Assembly: GCA_051294905.1 (NCBI GenBank)
Contig: CM119378.1
Span: 1,364,001 to 1,428,000, forward strand
DNA length: 64,000 nt
Direction of reading: 5' to 3'
Origin: Botryllus schlosseri
Taxonomy: Eukaryota
Shown: piece by piece, positions 37,601 through 49,600 of the stretch
Layout of the letters: each line of letters starts with the position of its first letter
Numbering within the stretch: the stretch's first letter is position 1
Notes under the pieces: generated by a model
Databases searched by the model: none
The model's input: only the letters and a program-made list of their open reading frames with translations
Told to the model about the DNA's origin: nothing
Position numbers and translations under genes: made by a program

Positions 37601-40600
37601 TAGAAAATATATTCAAATAAAAATAAAATTTGAATTCATAAAAATTAATAAATTCGGCCCAAATGAAAATCCACACCTTAGCCGCAGAGTAGGGAAATAC
37701 AAAAATTAGAAATGTTTCACATATTAAAATAAATTGAAAAAAATATATTATTAAAAAAGATCACTAAATTGTCCTCACCCTTGGCGTGGAAGGCTGGCTG
37801 TGCAGCAGAGAGACTTCGTCATCGTCCATTTCGAGCGGGGAAATTTCTAAAAATCAAGGTCAGTTGCGCGGAAAATCACAATTAAATCGAGCTCGATCGA
37901 ACCCGGAATGGAATCGTCGTCCGCCACGTTGTTGGTCTCCAATTCGGAGTGACTGATGTCGTACAAGTCCCATTCCAGGCTTTCCGGGGTAGCTCTGTCA
38001 AGGGGAACGACATCAGATTACAAAAAACAAATTTCGTCGTCAGGAAAACCACTAGAGGTCGGCGTTGGTACACAATTAGAAGTAACGTAAAGTTCTACGG
38101 AGTATTGACGGTGATTAGTCCCAGAATTATGAATGAAAAACTCAAATTACTTCGCTTTTACCGGTTGGAATTGCGTCAAATTTGTTTTGCATCGTTTTTG
38201 TGGACAACTCAACAATATCACGGGGTTGACAGTGAAATTTGAAAATTCAAATTTATTTTTAATAATAAATTAAAAATAAATAATAAATTCACCTCCCACT
38301 GTGGGTCCCAACCGAGTCGCGTGATTTCCGATTACGAGTCGCGGGTGCTAGGTGAGAATTTTGCACACGGCCCGGCGTAGCCACAGGCAACGCTGAAAAA
38401 TAAATAACCAATATAATAAATAATGATTTAAATAACAACTATGTCACTCACGAGAATCCATCCACGGCAGTTGGGCCAGGTCCGAGTCCTCCAATAGCCC
38501 CTCGATCGGTTCAGGCTCCTTCTGAAAATAGGAAAGGAATCGCATGAGTCACTAGATACTCACGACACTGTTATCACTTCAAACCGGAAAAGTATTGTAA
38601 TATTTTACATCCAAGCATTCGGGTTTGGCCAATCATAGTCGATGGAGCGAAGAATTCAAATGCTAGGAGCCTGTTAGCGTACGATCAACAGATTGTTTGG
38701 TATGCGAACGTAAACGCGTGTCCTCAAAAACCGTAAAACTTTTATAGCTACACAATCTCACCATCGCTTTCAGCAGCTTTTTATGATATTTGTCCAGCCG
38801 TCGGACTACGTCCCGACAGTATTTTTGCAGCTCCACCAGTTCCTCTTCTATCACGACGCACTCTTCCGCCTCGCTGGCTTGTAGCATGCGCTGACCCTTG
38901 CGGTGAAGTTCGATAATTTGAGGTATGTGGTCTTGCAGGGTGGCGTGGAATTGCTGAAAACGCACGAAAACGGATAAATACATAGTCATTTGCTCTCCGT
39001 TCTATCCAGACTTGGACAACTAGCTAATTTTAGATGTGAATTATACTAATTAGGGCTATATGCAGAAAATCTATTTGTGAAATGTTTCTATGCTCTCGTC
39101 ATCATTCTTATCGAATTTATGATGTTCCTGAAAATGCTACAGGAATACTGTATCGCGCGAAACGAACCAATCTCGGCGTACACACATTTGCCATTCTCGT
39201 GCTTAGGAGAACTAGCTGTGGTTTGATAGGAAGTGAACGCAATTTTTGTTGTATTTGTTTTCAATTAGGAACTGAATTCAATTTTCAAATTTCAATTCTA
39301 ATCTAATTCTATAGCTATAAGTCTACCAATTGAACTAGGAACAGCGAAAAATTATCTAGTTGTCCAAATTTGGTCCCATCAACGACATGTCGCGCATAAT
39401 CACCGATACCGCGTCCGCTATCATATCGAGCGATGTATATCGCCACATCTCGCGCCACAGCGCGTCCGCGCAGTCACTATTCATCCCCAAAACACGGTAC
39501 ACATCTATTTAGAAATCTTAAATAGTTGGAAGTATGTTTCATTAGCAATAGCAGAGTACTTGACATCTGGAAGCGGGACTGCGCTCTCAATATGACCATA
39601 GTAATACAACATTATAAGTTTAGTACTGTAAATTCATCCTGACATACTATTTCGTAGTTTGCGCGGATCAGGTGTAAGACTGTCTACGCTTCTCGCCATT
39701 GCATTTCCGCCGGATTAATTTGCCCTGTCCGTATCAGGTAATCATGTATCACTTACAGATCGCTTTCCTAATCATTACTCTACCTACAATTACCCTCTTC
39801 TTTAAAACTCTACTGTTACTGTCGAGTGCTGAGTACTTTAATTGTTCGCAATGCACGAGATTTTCACTTGCCACAAGCCTACGAAGCTGCCGTCGCGTGC
39901 ATACGTTTATTACAAACATAGCATAGCATCGCAGGGTCATAAAACTCGGTGCGACAATAAGTTACCCAATGTTATAGCTTTAATCCTGACCAGTCTATTT
40001 TTTGGTACACAATGTGTGCTGGAAGTTTTCGATTCGAGTCTCGCGATTACGTTCTGGTTTGAGATTCAATTTCAATTTCCAGAGACCGGCTGTAAGGTCA
40101 GGCGTACGATACTGGCGCTAAACAGGTATGTTCGTGTGTGAAGCTAGCGTAAATGAGTCTTAACTAAACTGCCGTGGTTTGTTGGAGAGAATCTTCATTG
40201 GCCAACTGCGCTAATCAACAACATGCACAGCAAGAACTTAATTGGGTGAAATGTAATGTGCGGAATTACAGATAAGCAAGTTAGAGACGAGAGGCTAGAA
40301 CTGGAGCCAACCAGGCTAGGAGCATCTTACTACAGCAGTCGTTACCCTCAAAACTTAATACTAACGATCAAAAACATAGATATAGGAAAAGAAAAACCCT
40401 CAGCATCACGGCAAAGACACTGTTCCTTCGTAATATCGACTGACAACTATCTAAAACCCCATCTCTACGTGACTGCTTGATCGCGTACAGAAAGTGCAAC
40501 AGTGAATCATAGCGTGCCAGGCACTTCAGTTCTAAACCACATCATATTTAGAGCGCAGTGCTCCCTTATCCTTGATTAGTAATAGCCGATTCCTTGCTAG

Positions 40601-43600
40601 ATTCCGTAAACAATCCATCTCGTCTGACGACCGTATCAGAAAGCGATTATGAACGCATAACGTTGCGTAGCAGACTGTTTGCACGGCACCAATCCAATTG
40701 CCGGGTTGACATTCGGGAACTATTGAATTGAGGACGCATTTCAAGTCACTCCGAGCGTAGCTGTTTCGGTGGGAACGTATCATTTCACAATTACGACCGT
40801 GTCAAGTCCGCTAATAGCATCAATTTGGACAATGGGTTTCTATCCCGACAAGTATGAGTTTCCTTAATAATAGCCAAATCCTCAACACTAGGGCTGGGCG
40901 GGCGCAATGATTGGAGTAGCCTGCTAATCCTACCGATTCTTCGGAGTGCTTAAATCATGTGCTCCGTGCCACTAAGAGATATTTAGCAATGTTAATTATA
41001 GCTTCGATAGTATCTTCCGCCAAGCCCTAATTACAACCATGTGAAATACGCTGATAACATCAAATTGGACGATACGTTTCTATCAAGGCAGATATGAGCT
41101 TTCCTGAACTTAACAAACCTCAATAAACTTAAAATGCTCTCCAACTGAGCGACCAAAAACCTGACGAAACCTTGCAGCACATATGCACCGTGCAGTATGC
41201 GCGGCACGAACACCCCTATCGGCGACTGGCGGAAAATTTCGCGGGAAAAGCAACCATTAAATTCGGCAAGAGTAAATAAAAACGCCGCGTTTGAATTGCA
41301 AAGCAAACAAGTCCACAATGCCTATCGCGGCTCGTCGAATACGCTATCCACACACAAGGGGTCATTCCTGTGGCATGATAACATTCAGATCAGAGAAAAG
41401 ACTGTAATTTACGACTAGACCTTCAGGGCAAGGTTCGACAACTAAAACATGTTCAGAATTTTCAAATCGGATTATAATTGAAATTAGAGTTACATATTTT
41501 TTCTAAATTAGATTAGAATTAGAATGACTGAATTCGTAAAAACCTGGAAAATGAATTCGATTCCGGTTTAAAAAGTCATACAACAAAAATCAAGTTCACA
41601 AAGCACAAAAATATTTGACAAATTAGATTAGAATTGAATTATTGGCATTTCGCTTTAATTAGTCTAATCAGAAAACTAGGTTGAATCCAATAATCGATAA
41701 CAATATATTTTAACCCGCAATTTATGATACGGGCAAATGGAGCATATCCACTAATAGACAGGTGCGTTTACGAGTGTAGACAAACATATCGTTATAAATC
41801 ATGGTTACGTCTGGACTCGGGACAGAAAATGCGTCTCCGTAAACAAGACCAAGTAAAGTAAGCGTAATTCGCGCCAAATTTCAAAAACTTACCGTTTGCT
41901 TCCGATTTTTCGACAGCCAAACTTATAGCACCGCTCTTATCAAAACCTCTACGCAGCATGAACTAAAATCTGTGTCAAGCGCGATCAGCCTGGAGCGATC
42001 AAGGTTGCGCGTTAACCGTCCGTTGCCGGATCGTGCCACAAACTGTCCTTTGAGGGAATCAACCGATATGTTTTCTCATCGGATAAAGGGTTAATCGGAT
42101 CTCAAAGATTAGCGAATTGCGAAAAGCTGACACGGGCTAACGGGCACGTCGGCGGCAATCATCGAAATTGGCACATTTTGAATTTCGCGGTTTCGAACGC
42201 AGAATATTTACAGCCGTGGCTGTCGAGATTACGGGCCACGAATTCACAAATCTACCGACATTTACATTTTCATGGCTTGTCCTGTTTAGGCTATCTTTAT
42301 CTTATGTTACTCTTCATTCAGTGTGCAACTGTTCATTCGACGTTCTGGGCCAAGGTGGGAGTTTGATTGAAAGACTACTCCAAATCGTTTCGACTCATTA
42401 CATAGTGTACTACTTTTCATTTATTAGAAATTTTTTGATATTTTGAAATGATAAACTGAATTAAGTTAAGCCATGTCGCATGAACTTCATAATCGGTGAT
42501 CAAACCTCTTTTTCTTAAAACCAAGCGCTCAATCCAGACTACAGGACAATTAAATCGTTCAAATTATCTCATTAAGCAAAAAGCCGGTAATCTAATAGTA
42601 GTCTAATTTGTGAAATGTTTCTACGTTCTCATTGTAGTTAAAATCTAATTTATGATTTCCCTGAAAATGCTACAGTATCCAATCTTGCTGAACAGACTCT
42701 GATTTCATATGAACTGAACTTAATTTTGATGCCTTTCTTTACAATCCGGGATTGAATTCAATCTCCAAGTTTTTGCGAATTCAATCATTTTAATTCTAAT
42801 CTAATTTGTAAAAAAAACTGTGTAGCTATAATTCGAATTCGAATCCGACTTGAAAAATCCGAAAATTTTCTAGTTGTCGATCTCTGAACCCAAAGTGAGA
42901 TTTCATTTCTCACTTACTTTGACTTCCAAGAGCTTTTCGCGGTTCTCCCGCTGCGAGAGGTGCTCGACGTTGGTGAGACGCAGATCGGTCTCGGTGAGCC
43001 ACACCACCAGAGACTCGCGGTGCGTCTCGAAATCTTCCCGGCGCGATATGGTGTGCTTGAGCCGGCGCAGAATGCTCGTGACACGCGTGGCGATCGCGTC
43101 CCACCGCGAATTCCCTTCGTGTATCTGGAAGAGAGATAGTCAAGTCGTGTTTATTCTTTTTAATCCATGTTTTTACGTTGTGTAGTTACTTGCTGCACCT
43201 AGTTTGATTGACTACTACGTCAAATCATACACATATATACATACGTACAGGATTATACATATATAACAACATGCATAGTTCAGTCACATATTTTGTTTAA
43301 CATACTGTTGCATTCTTTATAACATATAGTGGTATTTATGACTGTACAGTAGTGTTGCTCAATAATAACTCTTCTACTGATTCCGGGAATTCACTGATTA
43401 CATTTTTAGGTTGCCTAAAATAATGCAGCGCACAAAATTTGGCTCGATTTCAACTTGTGGATGTAAACGCACAGGTGTTTGAAAATTTTGATTTTATTAA
43501 AATTTTACTGTTATGTTGTCTAAAATAACGACTCTTAACAATTTTTGCTCACTTCCGACCGATAGATGCGAAGTTATTGCATTTGAAAATTTTGGATTCG

Positions 43601-46600
43601 CAAAAATAGCCTGGACGGTGGGTAATCCCAGATTGATGTGAAAAAGTCAATCTGCCTCGCTTATACGAGTTGAAAATTAAATTCTTCCAATTTTCCACAT
43701 TTGGTATGCAGCTTTAATCAGCGAATCGCCGGAATCCGGAAAAAAAGTTACTTTTTGAACAACCTTATTGCAAACACCTTCAATGGGTGAAAATGAGAAG
43801 CATTATACACACTGTTAGTCACTGGGTATAAAATAGGTGTGCTTATCATATTTTACCCATAGCGTGGAGTGTAAACAGGTATACCGCACTTCCAGGTATT
43901 ACTTGCGATTTCATACTCTTCCAATGGGTGAAAATATGTCAACAAACCAATCGTTATAGAGAAAACATAACCTACAGCAGAACAGCACCCCGAGATATAT
44001 CTCCATAAAATTGGTGCATTTGACCCACTTTCACCCATTGGAAGGGTGTAAATACACCCATTTTCCACCCATGAATTTACAGTGCATAATGCGACTATGG
44101 CTGACTTGATGACGTAATGTTCGTATCGCTGGACATCATTTCGCTGAACTATTTCGCTTATTTTTGGAAATCTTTGATATCTCATGCTCACTCACCATTC
44201 CCTTGAGCTTGTCGGTGGCGTCTGTTCTGTTCTCGCGCGCCAGTTTGCGGTATTGCTTGTTGATCAGCTCTAACTGGGTCAAGCTTTCGTGGACACGTCT
44301 TTGGAAACCCTGAAATGCGATTGAATCATATATTATTGTTGAAAAAAGTTTGGATACTTTGGGATGTCGCTTTTTGCATTCTGTATTTTGTGAATTAGTT
44401 TCAAGTTTCTTTGTAAAAACCAGTCCTGGAATCCAAGGCTGCCTATGATTTGACTACGTGTTCAAAACATACCTCATATTTCTTCAGTTCCGCTCTGGCG
44501 ACTTCGTGGGTCACCATGGAGGAATGCGGGTACATGACGACCTGTTCGGCCGAGCGTAACCAATCGGTGAAACTCGAATAGTCGTCCATGAATTTTTTCC
44601 ACAAGCGCTGCGTTTCCTCGATTCTAAGAAGAGAAATTGCGTTCAATGAATGACTCCGGAGCAGGATTGGATAACTAAATAATTCCAACTGTCTAATTAG
44701 ACTAATTAGAGCGAAAGGCTTGTAATCTAATTTGTGACATGCTTCAATACTCTAGTTTTAATTCTAATGTAATTCCTGGTTTTCCTTAAAATGCTACAGG
44801 AGAACAGCATGTATAATAGTCATAGTGAAAAACAAGTCGTATTATACAGCTTAGATCATTTTCGTGATGCTGTGCAGCAGTGTTCACTCGGACCCGACAA
44901 TCGACGGTTCCGTCAGCAGTGCTACCAATTTCTAACCAAACCTCACCCCAACTTGCGTTCCATGGACAAGGAACAAATGTTCCGCCATCTCCGGTCCAAA
45001 CTCTCGCTGGCCTTTTCTATCGAAGACTTCTCCGAGTCGTTCGAGCACGCGTCCACGTCGTGAAGGAGAACTTCGCACAGATCGAGAACCGATGCGACCC
45101 CGGAGCTGTGGCGCTCGATGTCGCGCTGCAACGCCTGAAATGAGAAAGAGATGAATGATCTCACTAGATTGAAAACCACGGCGTTAGATGTGGAATTGCG
45201 AGTAGCTTCCTGAATGGTGGATATGATTAAAGCAGGGGTAACCAGCTCGAACTAAGTAAAGAGCCACTTTTCAACTTGTTAATCAAAGTCAGAATGGGTA
45301 CGGGGCCACATTTACAACTTTTTAGGCGCCGCGGTCCGCTTAATTGCAATGTCGAAGCATAAATTGCGATCATAATTTGCTCCGAGATATAACTGATTCG
45401 TAAGGCTGCAGCGTATAGGTCGCAGAAATGTCATAAATCCCTATGAAATAGATATGGTAGAAAAACCCAATTTAGAGTTAATACAGAGTAACTGACATCG
45501 TTTCATTTGTGATCGCATAAAAGTCCCTTATTTGCACCTTACAAGCTATGACGTCACAACGAACGGTACTCGAATCACTCACGCAATTTTCTACATCCGT
45601 AGTGGCTAGAGAGGATTATCATTACTGCGAAAGTTTTGATCCTTCGCATCCCGCATGCATTAGTACTGAGGCGATTAGCATTTCGGTAATATTGCGTTAA
45701 TCCCGATGACAAATCAATCCGAGTATCGTCGCGAAAGTAGGAATATATATTTTTGCTCACTGACCCGTGACGACGCAAGGGTCAAGTACATTGCTCGGCG
45801 CGCTACCGACCACCGTCGGGCTCGAGAGCCGGAACAGGAGATTCGTTTTATCTTAGCCAGACTGGTTCAGAATTTTAAAATTGCTTTGAAAATATGATTT
45901 TCTCCCGGATATGTAAAAATGGCAAGATTTTATAGAATTTCCTATCTATCATATAAACATCCGGATTATCTTGGACTCGGAATTAAAAACTACCAGCCAG
46001 AGCAGGACAGATTCTGATTTGAGATTTCCTTATGTGACCTTCGTCCCTTTATAACTCCTGGCAACCTGCAAATCCATGGGTGGAAAATAGGTGTATTCAT
46101 CAGATTTACTCAGTAGCGCGAGGTTTGCTTTCAAACCCCTTCCTTATGCAGATGTAACCCAAGGGTGCAGTGGATACTGCTTGCGTGAACCCCCCTTTTG
46201 AGATTTCTCGGAGTTTATAAGAATCAGTGTATATGACACATTTTCACCTAATCGGAAGGGTGTGAAACCACAATTCGGTACCTAAACGTAGGGTGAAAAT
46301 ATGAGACACATATATACGATTTACGTTTACAATATAACCTTTCTCGTCAACCCACGTTTAATCAAATCTAATATGGCGTTAGCAGAAACGCACTAGTTGT
46401 CAAATCCGACTTATAAGAGCAAAATGCCGGCAATTTCATTCTAATGTAATTTCTGGTTTTCCTGAAAATGCTACAGGAGAACTGTATAGTGCGAAACGAC
46501 TACGAGCCAAGCTAGCTGTACATTGTACACTGTACAGACATTTGCCATTCCCGTGCGAATTTGAAAGACCTCTGATTTGATATGATTCGTGTTGTCTTTC

Positions 46601-49600
46601 TTCAATATTCGGAATTTAACTCAATTTGCAAGTTTTTGCGAATTCAGCAATTCTAATCAGATTTTGAAAAGCCGACAATAATCCAACTCAGCCAGGTACC
46701 TTTTGCGTGCTGCTATTTCGCACCGACGTGTCAACGTTTGGCGCGTATTCGTCGTCGTCACCACAGACCAGATTCCACGATAGTTGCAATGGCGACGTAA
46801 CGACACCATCGTTACGAGGCCCCTTCCGTTCTTTCCCGCGCTCAGACACGGTAAAAGATTCGTCATATCCGCTCAAACTATGCAACCTCCTCAACCTCTC
46901 GTGAGCAAACGCGAATCGCTCATCAACATCGTCGTTGTGATGTGGCGCGTCTACAAGGTCAGCCCTCGCGGGTGTGAATATGATGTCATGATTGCAAAAG
47001 TCGCACTTGCAATATCCGTCGTCAAATTCGTCGCTATTCCAACCGTGGTCTCCGATCCCGAAGCTGCTAGTGTACAGCAAGCCTTCTCCGTGGACGGAAG
47101 TTGCGTCGTAAGGGCAAGAATCTGCTGATCTAGAAAGAGATTCTCTATCTCTCTTCTTAGTAGAGATCGAGTCTATTGAAGTCATGAGATCAGCGTTTCC
47201 ATGCATACATTCTCCGTTTGGTAAAGCCCCGTTGCTTAGCATAGAGTCAGAAAAGATAAGCTGTCTCTCTATTACCGGTTTGCTGTCAATAGACTGATTG
47301 TATGTACCGACAGCTGAAGCCATCAGTCCATCAGTGCTTTCCCGCTGAAATTCTCCGTTCTTCAAAGCGCCTTTGCTGAGCTTAGCGTCCGAAAAGCTAA
47401 GCTGTCTCGGTATTGTCGGTTTGCAGCCAACAGACTGACAGTATGAACCGACAGCTGCATTGTACTGGTTTGATAATGGCGTGGAATGCTGCGGAAGACC
47501 CTTTTTCTCGCAAGAATCTAGGCTGCGATATCCCGACGTTGACGCTTCGTAGCTCGCGTCAACGCGAGAGAACGCCCGCGAACTTGCAACCCTGTCAGGT
47601 GTAGACGCGTTGTATCTCGGGCTAGCACTATCAAACGACAATGAGCTAGCATCACGCTCGGACTGTGAGGTAGAATTCAACTCGAGCTGTGATTTTTTTC
47701 TGCGAAGTGTTCGGTTCGGTTCGATATTCCACGAATCACCCGAGTTCAATGCGATTACAGTTTTCAAAACAGCAGACATGAGAGAGATGTCAACGCTTTT
47801 AGGCCGATCGCGGGTATGCGTATGTGACGTCAGAGAACGCCGCGATGAATTCATTGTCATTTCATCACGGCTCGACGAATCCCCAGTATCATCGAGGTTG
47901 TAGCTACCTGTACGATATTGATGTGGCCTGGTCCTGGTTTTGTGTCGCTTCGAGGGTGATTTTGGATGTAAATATCGTCGCTTGCGACATGTTTTACATA
48001 TCGAATCGTCCTGGACTTTGACGGGAGGAATTCCGAAATAACATGCTTGGAGATGGGCGGATTCAGCGATCAAGTTCAGCTGCTGGATGTAATTCGCAAC
48101 CTTTTCGTGGTAGGTCGGGCTGAATATCATTCTCGCCGTTCAGAGTTTTGACAGTCCACTACAAGATGTTCTCTCTCATGGCACAAGATCCTCGTACACC
48201 AAGTAGTAACCTAACAGATTTATTCACCAATAAGCTGCCATTAGGAACAAACTATACAGAAAGATTCCGGTGAATTGGCGTATAGTAGATAAAAAAGGCT
48301 TACTCGTTTTACCAACACTGACCTAGACTGACCTTGCAATACATAACATAACATAACATGGTTGGGTTATATTTTTGATCTGAACAAGTCACACACAATG
48401 TACAATGCGATAAGACACAATGCGATGTCTTGAACATATAGGAGCTGCTGTAAGTTAGCGAGTATTATCTAAAATTCTATCTAATTGGAAGCAGGGTACT
48501 GGTTTAATGCGGGTGTGATCAGACTAGTTGATCTCTTAAGGTCGCATATCGGTCATTCCTATTCGACGCCGAATATTGTGTTTGCGCTTTATTCTGTGTC
48601 ATTGTTGTTGCGGTTAAAACAAGTCTCCCGGCATATGCGCAGATTTACAAGCTGACTACAAATCAGGGTAAGTGTGAAATAGTGTGCATGTCTACTCCAA
48701 TGTCAATTTATCACCGATGCGAGAAGTTACCAGTTCGATACGAGTTAGGATTTCGCACCGAATTGAACACACGCTGACCTATTTCGCGAGGACACGTTAC
48801 GCAGCATGATATGACGTCATAACCTCAAGGGTATTGGAAGACATGTAATAGCCTCGGACAGATGACAAGGCACAGATGGCGCAAGTGTCAAGTTACGCGG
48901 TTGGCAAGAGTGCTACCGTTCTCCGTCAGCAGTTTTATCGAGCGGTTGGAAAGTCGTAACAAATTCGGCATTGCAATCGTTGTTTCACTGCATTCCCGGA
49001 CAACCAGATATATACTTCGAACGACGCTCACTGCGGAATTGAGAAACGAAGGCTAATCTGCGCTCAAGATTACCTGACCACGATCTGACATATCTATTTC
49101 GCCTACCGTCACATGTTACTTCATATTCATCACCGGTCATTTTATGCTTTCTTCATCTACTTTTCGTTCAGTGTGCATGTGCAATTGTGCATGCCTCCTT
49201 TTCACGTCGCCTAGGCCAGGTGGGTGTCTCATTTCAAAAACTACTCCAAGTCGATTCGACAAACTTCATATCTTTTCATTGTATCGCAGTCTTGCGTATC
49301 GAAATGATGAAATTGTTAATAATGAATTGAATGAATAAAACTGAACTGGCTATATAGTTTATATGTCTGCAGCTTACCGATACTCGCAACTGTAACCACA
49401 TCCGAAACGAAGTGAAGCTACTCCTCGACACGATGGGCTCGTAATCCTATTTAGGCTGCGACAAGAGGCTGGTGCGAGAAAACCCACCGTTGGAATATCT
49501 TGCCGCAAGCTCTTCGGAAATAGCCGGAAATCAACCGAGCGTGATATCCCGCTTTAGTTCGAATCTCAAGGCATTACGTAACGGCTGCTGCGAGACGGAG

